In this document: piece after piece, positions 26,856-36,800 of the stretch
Layout: each line of letters opens with the position of its first letter
Position numbering within the stretch: position 1 is the first letter of the stretch
Sequence record: LR756501.1
Strand: one strand, 5' to 3'
DNA: 64,000 nt
Program-made: the position numbers and the translations under genes
Notes under the pieces: model-generated
The model's database searches: none
What the model was told of the DNA's origin: nothing
What the model saw: the letters and a program-made list of their open reading frames with translations, nothing else

Positions 26856-27194
26856 TTATTCATCTTTCATTTTTAAATAATTCTCAATCATATTAAAATC
26901 GTGTTCTACGTCTTCAATCATATCTTTGATATTAGGCATTCCATTTATAATTTTCTCCTGTATATCGTCTATACAACTGAATATCTCTTCGTCGTAATGT
27001 TGTAGGTCAGCCATAAAATCTTCAAGAGGTTGAGGTAATACTTTCTCAATAGCTTGACTAACGTGATTAATAGTATCACCAAGCATTTGTACAAGTACCT
27101 TTTGTTCTAGAAGAGCTTGCATGATTTTATCAATCTTGTCTTCGTAGTTTACGTCAGCGTTTTCAAAAGTTTTATATGTTTTAAGTTTATTCAT
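26856..27194 (-). CDS. CTS-bearing helical protein, paralog of the N-terminal domain of 27187..28257
   Basis: MNKLKTYKTFE start; LGDTINHVSQAIEKVLP. Confidence 0.8.
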   Translation of the reverse strand: MNKLKTYKTFENADVNYEDKIDKIMQALLEQKVLVQMLGDTINHVSQAIEKVLPQPLEDFMADLQHYDEEIFSCIDDIQEKIINGMPNIKDMIEDVEHDFNMIENYLKMKDE

Positions 27195-28257
27195 CTTTTT
27201 TCTTTCTTGTTGCTCTTGGTTTTACTGCCCTTTTTACGGGTTCTGGTTTTTCTGGAAAAGGTTCTTTAGATAAATATTTCTCAGGCATTCCCTGTATATT
27301 CACACCAGCCACCTTACTTGATGGGTCGTGTAGATCGTATGTATCTTCTTCGCCTTTTTGTACTACTGTACATTTTTTACCGTTATATTTGATGGCGTGT
27401 CCCTTTATTCCTCCTATATAAACGACGTCGCCTTTTTTAAATTTATCTTTGCTTTCTTCTTTCTTAGGTTCCTCTTTTTTAGGTAACACTTTTGGTTTAT
27501 TTTGTTCGGCAAAAGATTTAATTTTTCTTTCTAAATCACTCATTGGTTTTTTAGATTCACCTAATTTTTTTGGTTTTCTTTCTAATTGATCTTCGTTTTC
27601 TTCTACGTCTTCAACGAATTGATCTTTAGAATCATCGTCCTCTACTTTACCCTTTTTAGGTTGCATCATTTCAATATAATCATCGTCGTCATCTTCGTCC
27701 TCGTCTTCTTCTTCTTCATCGTATTCTGGTTTAAATCCAGTACCGTTACATGCGTCACATTCTATTCCCCTTTTATTCTCACCTGTTCCTTCACATTTGG
27801 GGCAAATATGTTCGTCACCGTTTCCATCATCATCGTCATCATCATCGTCTTCATCGTCGTCACCTAGTCCTTTAAGTATATTATCCATATTATCTTCTGT
27901 GTATTGATCAATGTTTCTCAGTACCATAACAATTTCGTCTAATTCAGTTAGAGTATTAGAATTATCTAATAAATCTAGTAAATCATCAACTAATCCACCT
28001 AACATTTCGTCTTTATCGTTGAGGGAATTAGAAAAAGCGTCCACATTTGGTGGTATTTGTTTTTCTATCATCTCATATACGTGTTCGGCTGTATCTTGAA
28101 GTAACATGAAATATTCTTTTGTTTTAAGTATATTCGCAACTACTTCTTTTATCTTATTGTTAATCACTTCATCAGAAACTTTATCAGTTTTTGGTTTAGC
28201 GTCTCCACCAGCTTTTTCGTAATTTTCGAACGTTTTTAATTTTCTGAATTTTTCCAT
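27187..28257 (-). CDS. CTS-bearing multimodular protein: helical domain, DnaJ-type Zn knuckle, acidic tracts, KOW-like module
   Basis: MEKFRKLKTFE; CPKCEGTG...CDACNGTG; FKKGDVVYIG. Confidence 0.8.
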   Translation of the reverse strand: MEKFRKLKTFENYEKAGGDAKPKTDKVSDEVINNKIKEVVANILKTKEYFMLLQDTAEHVYEMIEKQIPPNVDAFSNSLNDKDEMLGGLVDDLLDLLDNSNTLTELDEIVMVLRNIDQYTEDNMDNILKGLGDDDEDDDDDDDDGNGDEHICPKCEGTGENKRGIECDACNGTGFKPEYDEEEEDEDEDDDDDYIEMMQPKKGKVEDDDSKDQFVEDVEENEDQLERKPKKLGESKKPMSDLERKIKSFAEQNKPKVLPKKEEPKKEESKDKFKKGDVVYIGGIKGHAIKYNGKKCTVVQKGEEDTYDLHDPSSKVAGVNIQGMPEKYLSKEPFPEKPEPVKRAVKPRATRKKKDE

Positions 28258-28289
28258 GCACTTATATATTATTTTAAAAATATGATTTT

Positions 28290-30353
28290 TTATGAAATAA
28301 CAAATATTCTTCTACCAGTTGTTGGAGCGCTAAGTATTATATTAAAATTACCACTAGCCAACGGATCTCGAAGCGACATATCAAGAGTATTAGCCAACGG
28401 TATAACGTCATTACTCCTACCAACCTTTGTATTATCATATCTTCCGACAGCGAATATTGTATCAGTATTATCAATCCAAGTGGCTGAAAAAGCACCACCA
28501 GCGCCACTAGTTGCAGTCAATACTAATTCTTCGGTTGTTCCATCAATTCTAAAAATATCAATAGTAACACCAGTTAAAGCCACAGCGTTATCTGTGGTAC
28601 ATGTGCCTGATACAGTATATGTTATAGCGTTATAAGTGTAATAATAACCACCGTATCCGTAACCAGTTGGGTTCATATCGTATCTATATCTTCTTGAAGT
28701 TTTAACGTTTAATCTATCTGGATCTGGATCACCGTTCCATCTTTGGAAGTTTGTTCTAGCTGCCCCGTAATATGTGTTATTCGCGTTTTCAACGTCAATT
28801 CTTGAATATCCACTAAATAAAGAATTCCAACCACCTGGCCCACCATTCTCAGTTGTTAAAATTTCAGCTTGTATAGTTAAAGCTTGTGTTAAAGCAGTAG
28901 TTACAGCTGCTGGTGCCATATTAGCCGCCCACATTGGTACGTATCCTATTAAATAATAATAGGTCTCGGGTATTGGACAAGCAATAGTAAGCGAAGTAGC
29001 AACTCTTAGAGTACCAGCGTTAACAGGTAATAGAGTTCTTTGAAAGCATGTTTTAGCGTGTACACCAACTCCATCAGAGTGTCTACCAGATGTATAATTA
29101 AGTATCATGTATCCAGATAATCCCCATCCAGCACTATTTGTATTTGAATACATTAATAGTCTATAAAGATTTTTACCTCTTTTTAAATATAAACCTTTAC
29201 CGTTTCTTCCACCCGCATCTATTCTATGAAAAACAGAATATTGGCCACATTGGACAGCGCCAGCGGTAACTACATAAGCTGAAGCGGATGTCTGACCTGA
29301 TGTAGTGCCTGTTACCTGTAAGTTTAAAGTGAAACCAGCAGTATCATTAAAATATAAAGCCACTGCACTTTCTCTAATTCCAATTGTATCAGGCTCTTCA
29401 ATATAAATTGTTCTTTCCCATACGTCTTGATCTCCAATTGTTGTACCACCAATCCATCCAGTAACATCAGAAGCACCTAGTATTAAACTATTTAAAATTG
29501 AAGTACTACCAGTGGCGTTAAATTCATATGTACAAGTTACTGTGCCACCTAATAAAGACATTCTCGTTGCCAGACTTGATACAGCCTCTATATAATAATT
29601 AGTGCTACCAGTCAAATTCAAAGGAGTTATATCTGTCCAACTTCTTGCCCATCTAGCTGAGTTTAAAGCCCCAGTGGTACTTGTCCACCACACGTAAGTT
29701 GTTCCACTATTTATTCTTACAGTACTAGTGAAGTTTACAGTAGAGTTTGTACCTTCCTGAGCCTGTAGATCTAAAAATATTTGTCTAACTGTTATACCAG
29801 ATTCTGGTAAATACGTCCCTTTAAATGGCGGAATAGCTGCACCACCACCTAATGTGGCGTAAGATGCAGTAAGAGTTGTTAAAGTGGATTCAATCGGTAT
29901 TCTTACTGTTTTAACCTGTGTTGGTGAAGTCGATTCTTCGTATTGATACGTAATTGTAACTTTAGCTGAATGATTAGTTGTAACGGCACCTGTACCAGTA
30001 AATGCCACTGTCCACGGCATACTTACACCAGCCCAGTTTGTTGTGAAATAAGATGTAACATCAAATGCTAATTGCCATGCCTGTGCCTCACCTGAGTTAG
30101 CTGCTGGTGATGAAAATGTTTGACCTGTTTCAGCCACTGTTCCAAGATTAAAGTTGATAACAGGTGTGGTCATTGATTGTGCTGTAGCACCATCAGTTGA
30201 TACGAATACTTCAACAATACAAGATTTAAAAGTTAATGTGGATTCAGGTATAAAAATAGAGGTGGCACCAGTTAATGTTCTTTTGGTGGCAGCAGCCAAC
30301 GATGTTGTATTAACAGTTGCAGCGAATTCAATCATTTTAAGTCTTAGAGCCAT
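28290..30353 (-). CDS. Beta-rich Thr/Ser-rich putative virion protein (paralog B)
   Basis: 687 aa, collinear with 30369..32339 (RIPIEST, RTIYIEEPDTI, HRIDxGG, LNYTSGxH, DNTDT). Confidence 0.75.
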   Translation of the reverse strand: MALRLKMIEFAATVNTTSLAAATKRTLTGATSIFIPESTLTFKSCIVEVFVSTDGATAQSMTTPVINFNLGTVAETGQTFSSPAANSGEAQAWQLAFDVTSYFTTNWAGVSMPWTVAFTGTGAVTTNHSAKVTITYQYEESTSPTQVKTVRIPIESTLTTLTASYATLGGGAAIPPFKGTYLPESGITVRQIFLDLQAQEGTNSTVNFTSTVRINSGTTYVWWTSTTGALNSARWARSWTDITPLNLTGSTNYYIEAVSSLATRMSLLGGTVTCTYEFNATGSTSILNSLILGASDVTGWIGGTTIGDQDVWERTIYIEEPDTIGIRESAVALYFNDTAGFTLNLQVTGTTSGQTSASAYVVTAGAVQCGQYSVFHRIDAGGRNGKGLYLKRGKNLYRLLMYSNTNSAGWGLSGYMILNYTSGRHSDGVGVHAKTCFQRTLLPVNAGTLRVATSLTIACPIPETYYYLIGYVPMWAANMAPAAVTTALTQALTIQAEILTTENGGPGGWNSLFSGYSRIDVENANNTYYGAARTNFQRWNGDPDPDRLNVKTSRRYRYDMNPTGYGYGGYYYTYNAITYTVSGTCTTDNAVALTGVTIDIFRIDGTTEELVLTATSGAGGAFSATWIDNTDTIFAVGRYDNTKVGRSNDVIPLANTLDMSLRDPLASGNFNIILSAPTTGRRIFVIS

Positions 30354-30368
30354 TTTCTAAAATATTTT

Positions 30369-32339
30369 TTATCCAGCCGACATATCAGCACTTCTACCTA
30401 TATGTGTGCTATCTTCTTTAGCTACGGCGTATAATGTATCTGTATTATCTGCCCATTTACCAGTAAATGTTCCGCCAGCAGTAGTTGTGAGTTGTAATAT
30501 TAAATCGTCATATGCTCCTATTTTTGCTTTTCTGTAAATATCAACTGGTATTCCACTACCGTCGCCAGCAAAACCTGAACATGTTCCAGATACAGTAAAT
30601 GTTATACTATTATAGGTGTACCATAGTCCAACACTTGTATAGCTAATTGGATTTGTATCTAATCTATATTTTCTACTAGTTAGAAAATTTAATCTACTTG
30701 TATCTGGATCACCTGGCCATCTAGTGAAAGAAGATCTAGCAGCTGAAAAATTCCATCCTGCCATGTTTTCACTATCTGTTCTACCGTTACCTGTATATAA
30801 TCTTTCCCATCCGTCCCCACCTCTTGGAGGATCAGTTGATACTATTTCAGCGTTTAATGTGAAATTAACGTCAGCAGACGCTGCTATATTATAATTCATA
30901 TAATTAACTATTCCCATAATATAATAATTTGACTCTGGAACAGTTGGAGCTATAGTGGCTCCAGTTAATATACTAATACCAGCAACAGTATAAGCTGGTT
31001 GAATTAAATGTTGATATACTGAATGTGAGTGAGCAGCGTATCCGTCAGCGTGTTTACCTGACGTGTAATTTAATATTAATAAACCTGATAAATTCCATCC
31101 AGAGTCAGCAGTCCCCGTGAAAAATTTCAAAGTGTATAAATTTTGTCCTCTCCTCAATGTTCCAAGTCCAGATACACCATTCTGACCACCTGAGTCAATT
31201 CTATGAACAAGTGAATACATACCGCAATTTAAAGCCGCTGTTACAGTATATGCTTGTGCTGCTTGCCCTGTTGTATCTCCAGAGCAACTAAGACTGAAAG
31301 TAAAAGCCCCAGAGTCGTTAAAACACATAACTACACCACTCTCTTTTTGTGTTATTGTATCAGGCTCTTCTATGTAAATAGTTCTTTGCCAAGTTCCTTG
31401 ACTGGCAGCAGTAGTACCTCCAATATATCCATCAGTATCAGCAGCACCAAGTAATAGACTATTATAAATTATAGTGCTTGTAGAGGGGTTAAATTCGTAA
31501 GTTACATTAATCCAACCACCGTAAAGAACCCCTCTATTTGTTGTTGTTAATGATAACATTTGTAAAGAAGTTGCACCTGTTAAAACGTAATTCGTTATAT
31601 CAATCAAACTATGTGACCATATACCTGAATTCAATCCTACCGCTGAAATTCTCCAAACGTCAACATTTGCTAGACCAGCTATACTAGCTTGTATAGTATT
31701 TGCGGCTGTAGCACTTGCTTGTCCACTATTACCAAAAAGTTCAAGAAAAATTTGTCTTATCGTTATACCTGTTTCTGGTAAATATGGAGACGCGGAAAAA
31801 TTCTTAATACCTGGAATAGCTGTGGCACCACCTACCGTTTGAAGAGTTGTAGTAAGCAAAGCTCTCGTTGATTCTATTGGAATACGAATAGTTTTTATAT
31901 GAGATGTTGGAGATGAAGTATCATCATATGTATATGTTATGATTATTTTGGCTGCGTGATTACACGTTGCTGGACCAGTAAATGTTACTATTAAATACCA
32001 TGGCATATTAGCACCTGTCCATTGGGAAGTCATTACTGATGTTACGTCTCTAGAAAATATCCAACTTTCGTTTTCACCTGATTGAGCGTTTGGATTACCC
32101 ATTGTTACTGAACTAAATGCGTTATTCCCTAATCTAAATTGAATCGTTGGAACTGTTAAGTTTGCTGTAGCCGCGTTATCACCAGTACAATCAACAAATA
32201 AATTACAAGAAATAAAGGTTATACCTGTCTCGGGTATATATATTTGAGTTGTACCAGTTAAGCTTCTAGCAGTAGCTGAAGCTAATGTAGTTATAATAGT
32301 TTGTGTCGCGAATTCAATGGTTTTTATTCTGGTGGCCAT
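30369..32339 (-). CDS. Beta-rich Thr/Ser-rich putative virion protein (paralog A)
   Basis: 656 aa; AATATATA at 32361-32368 on the minus strand. Confidence 0.75.
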   Translation of the reverse strand: MATRIKTIEFATQTIITTLASATARSLTGTTQIYIPETGITFISCNLFVDCTGDNAATANLTVPTIQFRLGNNAFSSVTMGNPNAQSGENESWIFSRDVTSVMTSQWTGANMPWYLIVTFTGPATCNHAAKIIITYTYDDTSSPTSHIKTIRIPIESTRALLTTTLQTVGGATAIPGIKNFSASPYLPETGITIRQIFLELFGNSGQASATAANTIQASIAGLANVDVWRISAVGLNSGIWSHSLIDITNYVLTGATSLQMLSLTTTNRGVLYGGWINVTYEFNPSTSTIIYNSLLLGAADTDGYIGGTTAASQGTWQRTIYIEEPDTITQKESGVVMCFNDSGAFTFSLSCSGDTTGQAAQAYTVTAALNCGMYSLVHRIDSGGQNGVSGLGTLRRGQNLYTLKFFTGTADSGWNLSGLLILNYTSGKHADGYAAHSHSVYQHLIQPAYTVAGISILTGATIAPTVPESNYYIMGIVNYMNYNIAASADVNFTLNAEIVSTDPPRGGDGWERLYTGNGRTDSENMAGWNFSAARSSFTRWPGDPDTSRLNFLTSRKYRLDTNPISYTSVGLWYTYNSITFTVSGTCSGFAGDGSGIPVDIYRKAKIGAYDDLILQLTTTAGGTFTGKWADNTDTLYAVAKEDSTHIGRSADMSAG

Positions 32340-32418
32340 CTATTTTATTATATTTTGTTCTATATATTAAAAAAGAAAGATCAAAAATGGATGTTAAAAT
32401 TTTAATATATAAATTATT

Positions 32419-33810
32419 ATGGCAATATCGATAGTTAACACATCAACAGCAAGTATTGGATGTACATCTGGCACAGTTGCTATGCCAACTGGTGTTACTA
32501 CTGGGGATTTATTACTAATGTGTTACGCTGTAGAAGATAGAAACTGGCCAAATGAATCAGGATCTGTTACAGGATTTACAGAGTTATTAAACATTGGGGA
32601 TAATTTTGGCGGAACAGGTAGAGTTTTATATAGAGTTATTACACAACCTGAAACAACAGGCGGAACAACATATACTTTAAATAATTTAAATAAAAACTGT
32701 TGTGTAATGTTAATGGCTCTAAGAGGAGCAGATACATCAAGTCCTTTAGATAGATCGAATTTAGTTGGTAGAGGTGTTAATGATACGACAACTGGTATAA
32801 CAACTACTGTTGATAACTCTTTAATTTTCCAAATGGCTGCAAGTATAAGAAATACTCCTACTTTTTCGGGTTGGACTAATTCTGTAAACCCTTTAACTTG
32901 GACAGAACAATGTGATTTTCTCGGAAATAGAGATGTTTCTTGGTGTCCTGCCGCTGATGGTGTAGCTATGGGTCTAGCTACAGCACCACAAACAACGGCT
33001 GGTAATATAGGAAATACCAGTTTTTATTCAACTCTTGGTGCTCAAAATAATGATTTAATCTTGGTTTTTAATATAAAAGCGGCATCAGCTGCACCTGTTA
33101 TTTATCAAAATCTTTTAATAAGAAAAAATCCAGCTGGTGGTATATTTTACTTTAAAACAGGTGAATATGTCGCTCCAATAGTGGGTAAAAAATTAGCAGT
33201 TAATTTAGCGGCTTTGGGTGAAAACGGTGTTGGTACTGTTGGTTATTATACTGGTATTACTTGGACACCATCTGGTGGAACACAACAAAGTTGGACTTGG
33301 AATTTCTTACCTTCCGATATATTAGGACAACCTCCAACAACTGCTTGTACAATGTCTATGAAATACACAGATGGTACGTCACCATCTTCACCGTATTGGG
33401 TAAGAATTATGTCTTATTTTAGTGCCACTTATAATAATGGTAAAGTTACTGGGAATAATACGGGTGTTTATCCAGATAATGTTATACAATATAATTTAGC
33501 CAATTATCAATTTCCTGTTGCTTCTCAAAATATCAGATTATCTGGTTTAACAACCACAATAACTTATAAATTAACATTTTGTGGATCAAGAACTGATCCA
33601 GGCTTTTTGTGTGGGTCCATGTGGACTATAACTGGTGGAACGACAAAAGACGGAAGTAATGTTTCATTAAATGTAACTGATAATGCTCTAAATACAGTTA
33701 GTATTAGTGCTATACAACCATCATCTACTGGAATAATAGATATAGCCATGAATTATACAGGAGCTAGTCAAGGTGAATGGTGCTCAATAGAAATTGATGA
33801 AAATGCTTAA
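32419..33810 (+). CDS. Putative virion-surface / fibre-associated beta-rich protein
   Basis: 463 aa, Thr/Gly-rich, divergent from the paralog pair; AATATATA at 32404. Confidence 0.65.
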   Translation: MAISIVNTSTASIGCTSGTVAMPTGVTTGDLLLMCYAVEDRNWPNESGSVTGFTELLNIGDNFGGTGRVLYRVITQPETTGGTTYTLNNLNKNCCVMLMALRGADTSSPLDRSNLVGRGVNDTTTGITTTVDNSLIFQMAASIRNTPTFSGWTNSVNPLTWTEQCDFLGNRDVSWCPAADGVAMGLATAPQTTAGNIGNTSFYSTLGAQNNDLILVFNIKAASAAPVIYQNLLIRKNPAGGIFYFKTGEYVAPIVGKKLAVNLAALGENGVGTVGYYTGITWTPSGGTQQSWTWNFLPSDILGQPPTTACTMSMKYTDGTSPSSPYWVRIMSYFSATYNNGKVTGNNTGVYPDNVIQYNLANYQFPVASQNIRLSGLTTTITYKLTFCGSRTDPGFLCGSMWTITGGTTKDGSNVSLNVTDNALNTVSISAIQPSSTGIIDIAMNYTGASQGEWCSIEIDENA

Positions 33811-33833
33811 ATTTCCTAATGATTTTTCGTGCT

Positions 33834-36800
33834 TTATCTTTTGATATACTTCACACTCACGTGTAATATATTCACTGTACCACTTTTCGCTGTAGATATT
33901 AATTTTACCCAACTATGTTCAGGTATATTATAAGTATTAAATTGACTTGTTATATAATTTTGACCAGTTGTTGTACCTGTAATTGCTTGTGCTGTAGTTA
34001 ATATATTTGTACTACCTGTTAAAGACGCATCTAATGTAGATGATACTTGTATTGTTACAGATGGTGAAGTACCAGCTACAACTGCTTGAATTTCTTTTAC
34101 TGTTATAGCACTAAACGTGTAGAACATTACTAAATTCTCCGAACTAGTAGGAGATTCAACCGTTATGGATTTCGTCTCGTAGGCGGAGTGGTCCAATCCC
34201 ACCAAATGAGCTAGAAGTGTCGTGCCTGTTACGAAATATTGTTGTGGAGTATATTGAATAGTACCACTATCTAAGTAATCTGTTGACTGTACGTTTATCC
34301 ATTTATTTACAGTTCCACCTGAATATACAAATAAATCACCTGTTGTTAATGTTCCTATTTGAACATCTGTTAAACCTGAAAGTGATGTTACTCCTCCACC
34401 TACACCGTCTTTACCAGAACTACCTGCGGTTCCAGCTATTCCACTTGTTCCAGAACTACCTGGTGAACCAGAACCACTTGTACCTGAACTACCATTCCCT
34501 GATGTACCGGAAGTACCTGATGTTCCACTGGTTCCAGATGTACCAGAAGAACCACTAGTCCCTGAAGAACCGGCTTTACCTGAAGATCCTGATGTACCAG
34601 ATGTGCCTGAAGTTCCACTAGTTCCAGATGTACCTGATGTACCACTTGTTCCTGATGTACCAGACGAACCAGTTAATCCTGAAGAACCTGATGTTCCACT
34701 GGTCCCTGAAGTTCCACTAGTCCCACTAGTTCCAGATGTACCTGTTGTTCCACTTGTTCCTGATGATCCACTTGTGCCATCTTTCCCAGAAGTGCCACTT
34801 GTCCCTGAAGAACCAGTTAATCCTGAAGATCCTGATGTACCACTTGTTCCAGATGTACCACTTGTGCCTGATGTTCCACTTGTTCCCGATGAACCTGTTA
34901 TACCAGAAGATCCAGAAGTTCCGCTTGTGCCACTTGTTCCTGATGTTCCGCTTGTTCCACTTGTTCCTGATGTTCCACTAGATCCTGTTATTCCAGATGA
35001 ACCTGATGTACCACTTGTACCTGATGTTCCACTCGTGCCTGATGTTCCACTTGTACCTGAACTACCTGAAGAACCTGATGTTCCACTAGTTCCTGATGTT
35101 CCGCTTGTTCCACTTGTACCAGAAGAACCTGTTAATCCTGAAGATCCTGATGTTCCGCTTGTTCCAGATGTGCCTGATGTTCCACTAGTACCTGATGTTC
35201 CACTAGATCCTGTTATTCCTGATGTACCTGATGTTCCACTAGTTCCACTAGTTCCACTGGTACCAGAAGAACCTGTTATTCCTGATGAACCTGATGTTCC
35301 ACTAGTCCCTGATGTTCCACTAGTTCCAGAAGAACCTGTTAATCCTGAAGAACCTGATGTTCCACTAGTTCCACTGGTACCGGATGTTCCGCTTGTTCCT
35401 GATGTACCACTAGATCCTGACGCACCAGATGAACCTGATGTACCTGATGTACCTGATGTTCCACTTGTTCCAGAAGAACCTGTTATACCAGAAGATCCAG
35501 AAGTTCCTGATGTGCCACTTGTCCCTGATGTACCTGATGTTCCACTTGTTCCAGAACTACCACTTGTACCTGTTATACCAGATGAACCTGATGTTCCATT
35601 AGTCCCCGATGTTCCAGAACTACCACTTGTACCTGTTATACCAGAAGAACCTGATGTTCCACTTGTTCCACTAGTCCCTGATGTTCCACTTGTTCCACTA
35701 GTCCCTGATGTTCCACTTGTTCCACTAGTCCCTGATGTTCCACTTGTTCCAGAAGAACCTGTTAATCCTGAAGAACCTGATGTACCACTAGTTCCAGACG
35801 TTCCTGAGGTTCCAGATGTACCACTAGTACCACTAGTTCCTGAAGAACCTGAACTACCAGTTGTTCCAGATGTTCCTGATGTTCCACTAGTTCCAGATGT
35901 TCCTGATGTTCCACTTGTACCATCTATTCCAGAAGTGCCACTAGTTCCTGATGTACCTGAAGAACCTGAACTACCACTAGTTCCAGATTCTCCACTAGTA
36001 CCTGAAGTTCCACTTGTCCCTGATGTTCCACTAGTGCCTGATGTTCCACTAGTGCCCGAAGAACCTGAACTACCACTAGTTCCTGAAGTTCCTGAAGAAC
36101 CACTAGTTCCACTTGTTCCAGATGTTCCACTGGTTCCAGATGTTCCACTAGTTCCTGAAGAACCAGTTATACCAGATGAACCTGATGTACCACTAGTTCC
36201 AGATGTACCTGATGTACCAGATGTACCACTAGTTCCTGAAGAACCAGTTATACCAGATGAACCTGATGTACCACTAGTTCCAGATGTACCTGATGTACCA
36301 GATGTACCACTAGTTCCAGAAGAACCTGTTATACCAGAAGATCCAGAAGTTCCACTTGTTCCTGAAGATCCAGTTAGTCCTGAAGAACCATTGGTTCCAC
36401 TAGTTCCAGATGTACCACTAGTTCCTGAAGTCCCTGAAGATCCTGATGTGCCAGTAGTTCCTGATGTTCCACTAGACCCTGTTATTCCAGATGATCCTGA
36501 TGTTCCACTTGTGCCAGAAGTACCTGATGTACCACTTGTGCCACTAGTTCCTGAAGATCCTGATGTGCCAGTAGTTCCTGAAGATCCTGATGTGCCAGTA
36601 GTTCCTGATGTTCCACTGGTACCTGATGTGCCTGAGGTTCCACTGGTACCCGAAGATCCTGTTATACCGGAAGAACCAGAAGTGCCTGATGTACCACTAG
36701 TCCCAGATGAACCTGATGAACCTGATGTACCACTTGTTCCAGATGTACCTGATGTTCCACTTGTTCCAGATGTACCTGATGTACCTGATGTTCCACTTGT

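Noticed and set aside
28282-30360. Plus-strand ORFs antisense to the 687-aa paralog, and other short antisense ORFs throughout the window
   Set aside because: Fully overlapped by well-supported genes on the other strand; no recognisable motifs or promoters.
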